A DNA stretch of 64,000 bases from Ginglymostoma cirratum (GCA_024137785.1 JAHRHZ010000133.1:24306158-24370157), one strand, 5' to 3'. Counted from the stretch's first letter, positions 35,951 to 49,248 are shown. Notes: generated by a model from the sequence alone, not told the origin. A program made the numbers and translations.

Positions 35951-38560
35951 AGGGCTGAATGTTCCTATTTTCAGTTGATGTATTTTGCAGAATGAGATTT
36001 GTGCCAACCTATCCACCAAGGATCCGGGAAACTTTTTCTTGGGAAATCTTCCACTCCTCACTTCATTAATATTGTTACGGGTTGGTTCCTCCTCAAGCAA
36101 TCGAGACGCAGGAGAGAAGGAAATGTTTGCCAATGCTATCATATCTCAAGCCCAGCTGTTCACCACTTCAGGTGCTGCAAACCAGGATCTGGCCATCATG
36201 CTGTGACACTTGACCAATATCACTGAGAGAATGCTCCAGAAAGGCAAGTTAGTTGCATGCTCTTCAAACAGTGACCTGGGAGGTGCAGGTGGACAGGGAA
36301 TTGGTAAAGGAGGGCAGTTCTGTTTCCAGTAGACTGCTGAGGAGGCCAAGCTACCAGACTCAGGCAGCCTGGGCACAGAGAGGGGCATAAAGTAATGCAT
36401 AGCAGTGCCATGACAGAAGGTCTTCTGTGCGTCACAAGGGTACACGCGACCATCTTCTCTCTGCTACCTCATGCTCACAGGGCCACCACTTCCTCTAAGT
36501 CTGCAACTGATATAATCCTCACCAAGACTCAAGGACAACAACTCTCTCTATTACATGCACCACAACTACCTACTCATGCATCTACTCCCCTACAGTCTTT
36601 CCTGGTCTCTCTGCTTCCAACTCATGCAGTGGGGCACCTCACCACCTATCCTGCTCCTCATTACCACTAATCATTCTTCCATTGAACTCAATATATCATT
36701 TTGTCTCGCTGTAGGAAACACTGGTCCACACCAGGCTCAATGGACAAAGACAGGCTCAGGATGGTGGATCCAGTAAGTTTCATTGTGCTCTCTCATTAAC
36801 ACTAACTCTAATTCATTTCGAGTACAGGAGCAGAGATGTGTTGTTGCAGTTGTACAGGGCCTTGGTGAGACCACACCTGGAATATTGTGTGCAGCTTTGG
36901 TCTCTTCTTCTGAGGAAGGATGCTCTTGCTCTCAAGGGAGTGCAGCAAAGGTTTACCAGGCTGAATCCAGGGATAGTGGGTCTAATGTATGAGGACAGAT
37001 TGACGAGGTTGGGATTGTTTTCACTGAAGTTCAGACAAAATGAGGGGAGATCTCATAGAGACTTATAAAATTCTAACAGGACTGGACAGGATAGATGCAG
37101 GGAGGATGTTCCCAATGGTGGGTGTGTCCAGAACCAGGGGTCACAGTATAAGGATTTGGGTAGACGATTTAGGATGGAGATGAGGAGACGTTTCTTCACC
37201 CAAAGAGTGGTGAGCCTGTGGAATTCATTACCATGGGAAGTAGTTGATGCGAAAACATTGAATGCATTCAAGAGGCAACTAGATATAGCACTTGGGATGA
37301 ATGGGGTCAAAGGCTATGGGGAGAATGCAGGATTAGACTACTGAGTTTGAACCATGATCATGAAAAATGGCAGAGCAGGCTTGAAGGGCTGAATGGCCTC
37401 CTCCTGCTGCAATCTTCTGCATTTCTAGGTATCCAATCTGAACAGGTTTTTTACCCTCTTACACAACTAAATCCAACTCTTCTCTTATACAGGAACAACC
37501 CAGCGATCCATCACCCTGAAGAGGCCTGTGCCAGAGACCCTTGGCTCCAACTCCACCTCTGAGGAAGAAGCCCCTGAACCCTCGGGGATGCACTGCAAGA
37601 TTTTCACCTACACCCCATACCAGCTCAGAGGCTGTCTCCTCTGTGGGCTCTTTGTTCAGAACAGACCCAAAAGCATTGTCTGATGAGTATTTCAGCAACA
37701 TGCTTCTGCAGCTGGTTGACAAAAAAATAGCCGGAGTCTCTTGAACCCAGAGATCGGCTGGTCACCAGGTAGCTTCTCAGGCAGAAGACGATTCCATGGT
37801 GTCAATCCTCGAGAACCATCAAATTTCACAGAAAGACTCAGGAACATCAGGTGGGTTTGTCAGAGGCAGTCACTAAACTGGATCAAGAGAGTCCACTGAC
37901 CTTATCAGTACCATGCTGGGTCCCACATGTGTGTGTCTAGCTGCCTCCATGGAGGGCTGACTATGGACATGGAGATCCAGGTACAGTGCACTCTGTGTCT
38001 ACTAGATTTGTGCATGGATCTGCGTTTGTCAGAGGGGATCAGCATCCGTACCAAGAGAGAGTGAGGAGAAAAGGGGACTTTGATTCCACTCCAGGTGCCT
38101 GTTCCTCTCAGGGAGTCGGGGTGGTGCCAACTCACACCCACAGGCAGCAGCAGCCACGCACAGGCCCACCAAGTTCCTCCCAGGAGAAGTGAAGACCCAC
38201 CCCCTACACCCCTACCCTTCTCCTGTGCCTTTGATCACAAAGCCTGCAGAACTCCAAGTCGAGGGAGGTAAACTTGTATCTGGGCAAGACAACAGACACT
38301 GGCACTGAGCCGAAATGGCACCACGGATGAATGCCCAAGCCTCCCAGGCCAACGGAGCCAATGACAGAGATGGCTTCCCCCACCGGAGCTATGGCAGTCA
38401 GGACTACATTTCATTGAAGTTGGAGGGAGAAGAAGGGGGCACATAGGTGAGGTCAGATAGGCAGCACGGACAACTTATAAAACTGTAAATAACCATGTAC
38501 ATATATCTCATTGGTACTCCTCAAAAGACTGCAGTGTTATTTTTATCGTCAGACCTGGTT
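35951..38560 (+). mobile_element. Harbinger-type element carrying a spliced Myb/SANT-like accessory gene relic
   Basis: Starts with TIR-like GGGCTGAAT (same as 38707). Exon-1-like S.SDL..VD...RRAVLFP..QTQAAW (~36260-36375). AG-preceded exon 2 ending in TKTGSG (~36715-36775). 37935-37984 is homologous to 40137-40187. Confidence 0.6.
36817..37430 (+). mobile_element. CR1/HER1-type LINE 3' end nested in the Harbinger element
   Basis: LLQLYRALVRPHLEYCVQLWS..VQQRFTRL and RRRFFTQRVVSLWNSLP, followed by the 3' UTR GGCAGAGCAGGCTTGAAGGGCTGAATGGCCTCCTCCTGCT. Confidence 0.93.
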
Positions 38561-39029
38561 ATTCACATCCACATAAGAGATGCCTCTACAGACATTCCAA
38601 ATGATGAAAGAAATAGTAATGACCAAATATTGTTCATCATTCACAAGGGACTGACTCCTCAACTGCAGATAGCACTTTAATGTAGACAACACAGAGGCTA
38701 AATGTAGGGCTGAATCTTACAATTTTCTGATAAGTGAGAGTTGCATTGAACTTCTCAGAGTCTTTTTTGCTGCGAGGTTTTGCATGCTGTACCAAACTCA
38801 CCTCATTAACTACCTGGCCTGCACCGATGGCATTCATTGTGTCCAATTCCAGCCCTATTTTATCACATGCCATTCCCAGAACAACTCACCACTCAGCAGA
38901 TATTTATCCAAAGACCAGTATCCCTCGTGACCACACTATCTTTAAAGGTATCTGTGCACCTGGATGAGCACTAGCATTCCGAAGCTGCACTGCTGGGTCC
39001 AGGACATTTCCAGAAGATGTTGCAGAGGA

Positions 39030-40420
39030 GAAGATGGGACTGCGATTCCCTGGCACAGACCTTAAGGTCCTGGTTGGTGGGATAGTGCAAAGGAAAGGAA
39101 TATTCTTCCCTGAGGACTCATAGAAGAGGCCATGCCACCAGACTCTGGTTGGATGTCACCACCTGGTTCAGTGCCATCTTTACAATCTGAATGGCTGGCG
39201 ATATCAAAAGGAGATCAATGACGCTCTCCACTCCTCCAGGATGAGTGCCAAACTCTTCTCTCCGCAACCTCAGACTCTCTGCTATTCCACATCCCACCAA
39301 GGCTCATGTTCTGCTAATCTCACTATTGACTACAACACCTTCCATCACTTGCTCTCACCCCCATACAACACTAACCTTTTATGCCCTCTCTGCAGAAGCC
39401 TACTCAGTAGTTCAGGAAACTTCATTAATTTTTGCTCACCTACACCAGTATTAACAGCCAGGCTTTCACCTCTCTTAGTTATAGGGCAGAGAGAGCCTGT
39501 ACTGGGGTCCAACAGTAGGTTCCTTGCCCCCTTTCAGGAGAAAATCGTGGCCCAAGCAGGAGAAGACTAGCACCACGGCTGTGGGGATGCTTAACCATCC
39601 ATGTCTTGCCAATCAAGTAAATACCATTCTTCATTCCACTGCAAATCTCACAGTAACCCCATGTCAGTGTCATTCATTGCACAGCACTTCTAACCTCTGG
39701 CTGTGACACCTTCTCTCTCTTTTGTCTTGCAGACATCACCAGCATCTCCTCCACCTCCTTGGTGAAGTGCCTCACTCCCCCAGAAGTCATCACTTCAAAT
39801 TTTGAGGATGAGAGTAAAGAGAACATAAAGGGAAAATAAGCAAGGTTTCCAGGGCAAATACTGACACCTTGGTGGGGACATTCGAGTGGGAGCATCACTT
39901 GGTGAGCACCTCATTCCAACAGTTCTGCAACTGACTGAGGAAGAAATGGCCCCGGTCACTAGCATTTGGACAACTTCCAGGGAGCAGGCACCTGCTCAGC
40001 CCCAGTCAAGACAGAACCTTGTGGTATTGACAATCAGGGGCTTGGTCCACATGCACAGGGAGGAACAGGAGCAGCAGGTAGGAATGTAGGACACAGTGAC
40101 CCTCATTGCCCAGTAGCTGCGTCGGTCATACCACTGTCTAGCTGCCTCCATAGACAGATTGGAGGTTGCCATGGAGACCCAGGTCCANNNNNNNNNNNNN
40201 NNNNNNNNNNNNNNNNNNNNNNNNNNNNNNNNNNNNNNNNNNNNNNNNNNNNNNNNNNNNNNNNNNNNNNNNNNNNNNNNNNNNNNNNNNNNNNNNNNNN
40301 NNNNNNNNNNNNNNNNNNNNNNNNNNNNNNNNNNAGGACTAAAGGCATGGTGATGAGAGGGTGGGGAACCTGACACACATTCCAGGTGCCCATTCCTCAC
40401 ATAGTGACAGGATGGTGCCA
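39030..40420 (+). pseudogene. Harbinger Myb/SANT-like DNA-binding accessory gene relic (multi-exon)
   Basis: LRFPGTDLKVLVGGIVQRKGIFFPED..W..V..(K)EINDALHSSR (39040-39240). Exon 2 after CCTTTCAG at ~39537 (EKI..EKTS). Exon 3 after TTTTGTCTTGCAG at ~39732. Confidence 0.65.
40188..40334. other. Assembly gap (N run)
   Basis: Run of N. Confidence 1.
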
Positions 40421-40726
40421 GGAGGCACCTAGCTGCAGGAGCTACCACACACACACACGCCCGTCAGAATTTTCTATTCAGAACATTCCTGGGGCGATTA
40501 GGCCCTCCGTCTCCAACTGTCTGCTCCCTCCGACAGATCCCAGTGAGCCTCCAAAAAATCCAGGTTCCATTCCTGGTAACCTTCCCTGCGAGTCCCACAG
40601 GCATCGCAATTCTCCAGGTCCCAACTCAAACCCACCTTCCTCCAACACAGCCCTGGGATTATGAGATGACTCATGACAAGTGTGGTCATATGTTTCAAGT
40701 CTAGAATAACTATCTTCCTGAAACCT

Positions 40727-40830
40727 AGAGTTCCAAAGAGGAATCGAGCCGGACTTAATGTTAATTCTGTTTCTCTCTCTCCACAGATGCTGTTAGACCT
40801 GCTGAGTTTCTCCAGCACTTTGTTTTTATA
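40727..40830 (+). mobile_element. Decayed Penelope-like pseudo-LTR fragment inserted in the Harbinger element
   Basis: AGTTCCAAAGAGG..GGACTTAATGTTAATTCTGTTTCTCTCTCTCCACAGATGCTGTTAGACCTGCTGAGTTTCTCCAGCAC. Confidence 0.65.
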
Positions 40831-41279
40831 TCTTTTTAGCCTACCACATGTTGAAACATTGAAAGTTACTGACTTTCAACAAATCAAAAGGAGATTCCTT
40901 AGAATTCAATTTCATCCAGCTGGTTCACATGAGAGATTTCACTGCACAGTACTCAATTATTACGATACTCTGATGGCAGCGTAAGAGCTACTCAATCTTA
41001 GTGCTGTGCGATATCATTTCACCTTCTCAATCACTGCTGCTTTTTTCTTGAAGGTCAGTAGGGGTACGTAATGTGCAAACACTTGAAAGTGGATTCACCT
41101 GAAGGTATCAAGCATTCAATAACATCTATTCAAAAACTGATAAGTTTAAGGACTTAACAAACAATAAGGTCCAGAGGTCCTTTGCACTGAGCAGAGGCTG
41201 CTTTCCAAAAGAATCTAAACCTCATTCAGTCACCTGGGAAACATGTTTCAATGTGGCTCTGTCTTGTTTCTTGTATTCG

Positions 41280-42200
41280 ATGATGCATTATTTTGCCGTG
41301 CGGTCCTTGATGGGCCTCCTCCTAAAATGTCCTCAACCCCAGAGGACTGCTCTTGACTCACATTTCCTCTGCATCCAGGATATGTCCCTTTTGGAGTCTC
41401 CAACTATGGAGGGCACAGCATGGTAGAATAATGTAGCCACATTCGTTCTGAGTGTAACCCACTACGCCACCCCACAGAGCTGTCCAGACACTGAAACCTC
41501 ATCTAGAGGTGGCCTATGGTCTATTCTACTCTGATCCTGTTGAAAGTGTGGGCAACTTGGTATATTCCTCCTATGTCAGCCTGATGGTTTCTTAAAGGTG
41601 CTATCAAGCACATTTGGGTGGGATAGTCCTCAGCAACCATCTCTTTATGACTTGAGGAGTCTGGAAGGCAACAGAAATCTGACAGTTACTCATCATGGAA
41701 GCTCCCAGGATATTTTGCGCAGACCTTCAAAATTTGGCATCAGTGGACACAGATAGTTTGAGCATTGGGAGCTCTCAAAGCAACATGAGTGCAGTCTTTA
41801 GCAGCCTGCAACTGGTGGAAAGCCAGTAATGGTGAAGAATCCCACAGCACGGGCTGCTTAGGTCTCATCACAGGGGAAGCATATGAACAGCAGCAATCTG
41901 GAAAAGATGACATCAGTGACATTCTTGGAAGAATTTATGGGTCAAAGATTAGGAGATGCCTTACATATAGCCAGTTGTGCCGTGAAACAGACTACTGGCT
42001 TTAACTGCAGGAGAACTGTGACCTTGATTGGTGACCATCCCATGCAGTGGCCAGTCCTTCCGAGCCCATGTCCTGCTCCAGCAGATGACACAGTTTGGTG
42101 GCGATGGCCTGGGACATCCTTAGTCGGCACCTGCACTGTCTTTCCAAGTGTCAAAGTAAAGGACAGAGAGGCCGCAGATCTAGGGTCTCACCATTCTCTT
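41280..42200 (-). pseudogene. Harbinger/HARBI1-like DDE transposase relic
   Basis: Minus-strand motifs in the expected order: PIKVT (~42020), DCTHVALRAP (D at 41794-41796), VCAKYPGSFHD (~41692-41724), EDYP (~41622-41633), MRFQCLDSSVGG (~41467-41502), CCALH (41406-41420). Frameshifted. Confidence 0.88.
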
Positions 42201-44183
42201 CTGCCTCCTTGTTGGATCTTCAGCTTCTTTTTTCTCCCTCTGGAGGCTGCTATACTTGCTGATGACAAAGTTGTAATTGCTCTTTCCTTGTCGTTGAATT
42301 GGAAGCGTCCACAAGGACTCTAGTCACAGCAATGCCCACGTGAGATGTGTCAGCCAATAATCTGTGGGGAAGGTCAGAAAGATAAATTTTGTTAAACAAG
42401 CTCCTGAGCCCTCATGTGCAACACATGAAGCCTCATGTTATGCCTTCATGGCATTGTGGCATGGAGGCTTCCCAAGGAGGTCATTGTTATGTCTCCATAA
42501 GGCACTCCAACATAAGTTACTTCACCAAATGCACAGTTCATGACAAAGTTTCATGCCATACTAGGGGAATAAAATTCTCACAGGCCTTCTTCCACGTCAC
42601 AGACGGTGTGATGTTACATTTACAGTTGTGTGCAAAAATAGCATTCCCTAAATATTGTCTTCCAGACATAGTTGTGCTTCTGATGTGAAAAATTCAGGTA
42701 ATCCTTTTAAGTCTGATCGCATTTGCTTAGCCGACATGGCAAGGAAGCAATTAGTAGCACATGTAATATTCATGATTGCTTGAGGCCGTATTTCTTTATA
42801 TGCATTCTTGGATGGTGAAAGACTGGCCAATGAAGTGCAAATTTGATGCAGTTATAATTATTGTAATTACAGCAATTGCCTTAATCAGGGTCTCAAATTC
42901 CAGAAGTTCACTCTGCCTCAGAAGATAACAAAGTTACTTACACTTCTCACTTTGCATGCGACGTCAGCCATTTTGTGCAGTTATTGCATGGTTAACCTTC
43001 GAACCAACACAGCAAGGTTCCAACTTCATGTTCTTGTCAGTTAATTCCAGGCTCCATGTGTGATGCAAGTGGATTATCCCATCCTTTAAGTTCCCTTCAG
43101 TCTTACTATCTCTGTGGCCGTAATGAATGTTTAGTCTCCCCTCCCCCTATTTCTGTTGAGTCTTTTAATATACGTATTACTGTCCCCATTTCACCCTTCA
43201 CCCCACAGCTTTGAGAGCTGTGCACGCCTTTGTTAGCCATACAGTTTCGCCATATAGAGGTCAGAGTGATTGTGACTTGTGATAGATCCTTTCCCAGAGC
43301 TCCCGGATGCCTCCAATCCTCTAGGAGGTCGTGCCTTTCTATCATAAATTGCTCTCTTTCACCATAATCATTCCCTCAGCAACCACATCCAATGAATACC
43401 ATTCCTAGACTCGATTTTTCCACTTTCCCCAGAACACCGTGATCTCCCAATTTCAACAACCTTGACCATTAGTGCCCTAAAAGTGACTGTGAGCCATCTT
43501 CTGGACTGCCTTGGCAGGGCAGCTTCTATTAAATAAGACTTAACCCCTGGACTGATGCCTCCACAGCCCCTAGATGACATACGAGTATTGCCGAGACTGG
43601 ATTCAGCTGACATGCAGGACTGACCGATTATGGCCCTGTCTCCAGACTCTGCTACAGACAAACATATAATCAAGGTCATGTATGAGATGCATGTATTCAC
43701 TATGCACAAAAACATGCAAGTCATACATGTTCCTACGCTCCAAAGGAAAGTGGTGAAAGGCTGCGCTGATGTGAGAGTTGGTCTAGAACAGCCATGGTAA
43801 TGGGATGAGGCTGATGGTATGGTGATGCTGACTTGCCTGTATGAAGTTTTGAGGAGGATTGTGCCCATGGATCATGCAGGCATGTTCTGCTGCATACACA
43901 GTGTTGATAATGGCCAGGGCAAGCCATCGGCAAGCTATGTCCACCAGGTAGCCACTCTGACCTTCATATCTGGAATTTGCATCATCTAGTTTCTCAGGGA
44001 AAGGGATGAGAATTGGAAGCGGTATGTAAATGAGGTGTTTTGGCCTAATAGTGAGATGCAAATGCACAGAAATAAGTTTTTCACCACTCAACAGCTAAAC
44101 TCAGAAGTTGCCATTTGAAGCTTAAGAGGGAAACCACAGAATGTTTTTTGACATCAAAATTCCGATTAATTCATCCTTGTTGA

Positions 44184-44982
44184 ACTAAGGTATCTTCTTA
44201 TACTTCATTATTTTCTGATCATCTTTGGCCTTCACAGTAGCTCATGTCAACATTTTTTCAATTAGACTACTCTTTTTTTAACCTATGTACTTAGACAGTA
44301 TGTGGAAAAGCATGTGTTAGAAACCTTTGCATTTGCCTCAAGGGAATGGTTTCTGTAGAATTAAATAATATTTAATAATAACTTCTCAACTTTGAAGGGC
44401 AATTTGATAATCTTTGCTTACCCAACTTCCTTACCAGTTCCCATGCCACAGGGCAAGTTCAACCCATTTCTTATTGTCTATAAGAAACAATTCAGAAAAC
44501 TTGAAAATGATCATTAATACGCTATTTTAACTGATCTAAGAAGGTATCTGAATTGTATTGGATGCCAGTGAAACACTATTCATTTAAAATGGAATCCAGC
44601 TCCATAAAAAATGCAACATGCTCATTATTAAATAATGCACTGCAGATTTGTCTCTTATTAACCAGTTTGATTACCTGACGCATTCTCACATTGTCCATTC
44701 GACCCAGCGACAATTTCCCGAACAGTTTCAGATAACATACATTAACACACTAAGGTAGCTTCCTCGTGCTTCATTATTTTCTGAGCATCTCTGGTCTTTA
44801 CAGTAGTTTCATAGCTACCATATAAAATAATTCTTGCACTCAGACTCTACTTTTGACAATCTAAATACTGAGATGATATGTGGAAATGCAAGTGTAAGAT
44901 ACTTGCCATTTGCTTCATGACAATGGTTTTCCCGTAATTAAATATTTCTGAATAACTTCTTAACAGTGAAGGACAATTTGAT
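44184..44982 (+). repeat. Old dispersed direct duplication (~230 bp units at 44184-44408 and 44749-44982)
   Basis: Colinear shared blocks ACTAAGGTA.CTTC, CTTCATTATTTTCTGA.CATCT.TGG, TATGTGGAAA.GCA.GTGT, CATTTGC.TCA, AATAACTTCT.AAC..TGAAGG.CAATTTGAT. Confidence 0.85.
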
Positions 44983-45939
44983 CAAAATTGTTTCACTGTG
45001 CGAGTAAAATTGTACAAACAAGAGCTCGAGAACAAAACAAAGTTGTATAGCAACTTACATTAGTTAACTGCTACTTTCAAAAAAAGGCAAAACCTAAATG
45101 CCAAATTTTGTAATGTTACAGCTGCTGATTGCCACTAAAACTCTCAAAAATATACCATAGCTTCACTGAGCAGGAGAAATTCACTGTAGTTTATTACTAA
45201 TATTTCTCCTAAGAAATGTGAACTTCAGAATCAATTATGTTATATATTCTAATCATGATCTAAATAAAGTAACTCATTACTTGTTGTACTACTGAGAATC
45301 ATTATATAATTGAACAGAATATGAGCGCTGGTTTAGTTAGTGCAGCAAATTGGACACAGATAACCCCCTTTATTTCATTTCATGAAATTAGAGGGAATTA
45401 TTCTAAGCAAAAGCTGAAAATAGACTAATAGGTGCTACATTAGCAAACCTGCTTAAACTTGGATTTAGCACACAATTTTGCTCATAAATGCTAAGTATAG
45501 TAAGTTGAATTTATCTGGAGGAGTAAAACCAAACATTTCTATGTTTGGTATTCAATAATTAATTGTAAATTAACTTTGCACAGCTATATATGTGGGCTCC
45601 TTGCACCCATTTTGACTGAAGGTATGGAGAGCATTAGCTGACAGGACATAAGATGATTCCTAGACCAAGCGAATGCATGCCCTCCAGTTTCACAGATGTG
45701 ATGCTGGGGATCCTGATAGAGCAAGGACGTTGTATACCAGCAGGAGGTGGGGTAGAGGAGGACACCAGAACATCCTCATATCCTCCTCTCCAGCAGCAAC
45801 TTCTGCTAATGCTGTGTCTTGCTTTATCACCTCATCCCATTCCTTGTCAAGAAAAGTACCCATTAATCATTACTTTCTCTTTCCTATCCCTCAGCTAATT
45901 TTGTGTTCATGGTACAACTGTCTTTTTTTTTACATCCAT

Positions 45940-46490
45940 GACTAAAAATTTCCTCAAGCCTGTTGTGTGGTACTGAATCAAATGCCTGCTACACGTCCAT
46001 GCACACCACATCAGCAGCCTTGCCCTCATCAACCCTATTGGTGACCTCTTCAGAAATTCACAAGTTTGTTAGACATATCTTATCTTTGTCAATTTAAAAT
46101 CCTTCTAGCGACTGAGTTTCCTCTTCTATCACCATGGCTTGGGCAACATCTGCCTCATCATTAAAGCCAGGCGCAAAGAATTCAATTAATACCACACCTA
46201 TGCCTCTTGCCTCCACGTGCAAATCTTCTTTTTGGTACCTGTTCAGCCTTACTCGTCTTACCACCCTTTCACTATTGATGTGTTTATAGAGGTTGAAATT
46301 TCCTTTAATGAAAGTTGCCAGTCTTTTCCCCCTTGAAATAATCTTCAGGCATTTTAAATGGCAATCAAACCCCTTAATGAATCTGTTGATGACGTGGTGT
46401 TTCAACTCCTTAACACAAGATGTCAACGTGTCTTTTTGAGATTGCAATAGAATACTGGACATTTCTCTCACATTAAATCCAACTCTGGAA
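45940..46490 (-). mobile_element. CR1 ORF2 fragments
   Basis: ORF 46094-46471 KRLATFIKGN..YKHINSERVVR..DLHVEARGIGVVLIEFFAPGF. Minus-strand EFLEEVT.RVDEGKAADVV.MD near 45995-46060. Confidence 0.8.
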
Positions 46491-47799
46491 TGCTTATCAA
46501 TGACCCTACGTACCTGAAATGGAAAAAATCTACCATTTTCCAGTTACCACCTGAAATGTTATACCACAAATTAAAATTGTACACCAAAAACCATCATTTT
46601 ACTATCATACAGTCACAAAATCAAAATGTGTAAATTAACTCATTGAAAATTTAATAAGTTAGAACAAAATAAATTGATTCAAATCTCTCTGTATCACACT
46701 GCAGTCATTTTGACACCCTATGCACAATTAGGTTCATAAACGTCTGATAATTTGGATAAAACAGCTTCAAAAGTGATGTTTCTCAGCTTCTATAGTTGAA
46801 GTTGAATATCAAGAGTCCAGCACGTGCAAAATAAAACCCTTTCAAGTAATCACAGGGTCCAGATTAAGATGTACACACAAAGAGTGAAATTGTATGATAA
46901 GGTTTAATAGGCACCATAAATAAGCAAACAGATTACAACTTGTAGAAAGCATTCCTTCACAATTCCTCATTTTCTCCTATCATTCAGCAACTCTTACTTC
47001 AAAAATGTGACAACTGCAGCCCAACCTTAGTATGGTTGGTTCTCCTTTCTGCTATTACTTCAGTCCTTGTGACTTATATGCCTAGCTCCTATACCTGCTT
47101 CTCATATAAATTTCAATCTCAATAAGGATTATTGTTGCTGCTTTCCTTCCACAAATACTGCATTTTGTGAAACTTGTATCCTGTACTTTAGTCTCATACA
47201 CCTGGATTCCAATTGAGTTATTTCCTTCCCTGTACACAAAAATAATTGATAAAGTGGATGAATTAATTTCCTCATTAAAATTCTATTTGATCATAACTTT
47301 GCTGCTAACTTGTGCATTAATTATATTTAATAGCATGCATTTAAAATTAAGGCCTTCTTTTGCACAAATAAGCATAAATTAATACAAAGGGCAAACAAGT
47401 CATTATAATTGGGGAACAGTAATTTTTAAAATAATGCTTGAATTCATTGTCAGTGAACAATGTCACAGGGTTTTCTAAAATAAATTATTTTTAAAAATCT
47501 GCGTAGGAATAAAACATTATGTTCTTCATACACAGTGGAATTTATGCTTTCACTGTGATAGGGTTTCTGCAAAAAATCTGTGCTTACAGTTATGTGTTGT
47601 ACTGAGTAAATCCTAGGATACATAGTATATCAGCACAGGTATCTTCAGGCTTGGCACTGGACCGTCAAGCAGACTGTGGAAATGTAAGTGAAAACTGTGT
47701 AAACTCAGAAATGATTTTATGTTCCATAAATTTGTTTTACTTAATAGCTGGTACACATGTGGCCACATCCTCCCTTGCTTCAGGCCAGTATATGTATGC

Positions 47800-48755
47800 C
47801 TATGACCAGCGGTATGCCATAAGGATTGGCGCTGGGTCCACCACTGTTTGTCATCTATATAAATGATCTGGATGTGAATATAGGAGATATTTTTAGTAAA
47901 TCTGCAGATAACACCAAAATTGGTGGTGCAGTGGACAGCGAAGAAGGTTATCTTAGAGTACAACGGGACATTGATCAGATGGGAAAATGGGCCCAGGAGA
48001 GGCAGATGGAGTTTAATTTAGATAAAAGTGAGGTGCTGCATTTTGGTAAGGCAAATCAGAGCAGGACTTATACACTTAATGGTAGGTTCCTGCACCTTAG
48101 AGTGCAGGCTCATAGCTCCTTGAAAGTGGAGTCACAAGTAAACAGGGTAGTGAAGGTGGCATCTGGTATGCTTGCCTTTATTGGTCAGTGCACTCAGTAT
48201 AGGAGCTGGAAGGTCATGTTGTGGCTGTACAGATCTCTGGTTAGGCCGCATTTGGAATACTGTGTTCAATTCTGGTCTCCCTGCTATAGGAAAGATATTG
48301 TGAAACTTGAATGGGTTCAGAAAAGATGTATAAGGATGTTCCCAGGGTTGACGGGTTTGAGCTATAGGGAGAGGCTGAATAGGCTGGAGCTATTTTACCT
48401 GGAGCGTCGGAGGCTGGAGGATGACCTTATAGAGGTTTATAAAATCATGAGGGGCACGGATTGGGTGAATAGCCAAGGTCTTTTCCCCAGGGTGGGGGAG
48501 TCCAAAACTAGAGGACATAGGTTCAAAGTGAGAGGAGAAAGATTTAAAAGGGGCCTAAGGGGCAACATTTTCACGCAAAGGGTGGTACAAGTATGGAATG
48601 AGCTGCCAGAGAAGGCCTGGATGGTTATATGAATAAGGAGGGTTTACAGGGATAGCCAAATGCTGGTAAATGGGGGACTAGGTTAATTAAGGCCATCTGG
48701 ATGGCATGGCCGAGTTGGACCAAAGGGCCTGTTTCATGCTGTATATCTCTATAGC
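47800..48755 (+). mobile_element. 5'-truncated CR1/HER1-type LINE with 268-aa open ORF2 remnant
   Basis: ORF 47826-48632 LGPPLFVIYINDLD..SKSADNTK (FADDTK mutated)..LYRSLVRPHLEYCVQFWSP..TRGHRFKV..FTQRVVQVWNELP. Tail GTTGGACCAAAGGGCCTGTTTC is shared with the HE1 SINE. Confidence 0.95.
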
Positions 48756-48782
48756 TTACACATTTGTACCTGCGCAAACTAG

Positions 48783-48883
48783 ATATTTTCTAATCAGCCT
48801 GTTACACACCTCTGGTACAGGTAGGACTTGAACCCAGGCCTCCTGGTCCAGGAGTAGGAACACTATCACTGCAACACAAGAGC
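48783..48883 (-). mobile_element. Short tRNA-derived SINE (with a partial second copy at ~48908-48965)
   Basis: Reverse complement GGCTCTTGTGTTGCAGTGATAGTGTTCCTACTCCTGGACCAGGAGGCCTGGGTTCAAGTCC has A/B boxes. Same family as the 62301 and 62651 copies. Confidence 0.75.
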
Positions 48884-49248
48884 CATCTCTGCCTATGTGA
48901 AGTAAGTATTTTTTAACCAACCTGTTCAGAGAGTTATGAAACACCTCTGGAGCAGGTGGGACTCACTGAATTACTTGGATTCTTGTGGCTGCTTTTCTTT
49001 AACCTTCATTTACCTGGGCATGAACAATTATGTAGAGTCCTCATGCTTTATGTGCCTTATTTCCACCTACATACCAAGTTAGAAAACTATTATCAGATAG
49101 CCAGTTTAACAGATATGATGACTATACAATCAACTTTTTTATGGAAGTTAACACTTTGATGCATGTTACATCATTTTGGAGTCTATCATTTTGCTTTGCA
49201 AAAACAAGATTACTGAATTTGTAGATCATAGTACTGTCATGTGTGGAG

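Larger units (their letters stand above)
38707..42585. mobile_element. Degraded autonomous-type Harbinger (PIF/Harbinger) DNA transposon with convergent Myb-like and transposase genes
   Basis: Left TIR-like GGGCTGAATCTTAC at 38707. Myb-like relic on + and DDE transposase relic on -. The right boundary (TAAAATTCTCAC ~42570-42581) is tentative. Confidence 0.7.

Noticed and set aside
47826-48632. Longest ORF (268 aa) as a functional gene
   Set aside because: It is a 5'-truncated CR1 ORF2 remnant with the catalytic FADD mutated to SADN and an internal deletion.
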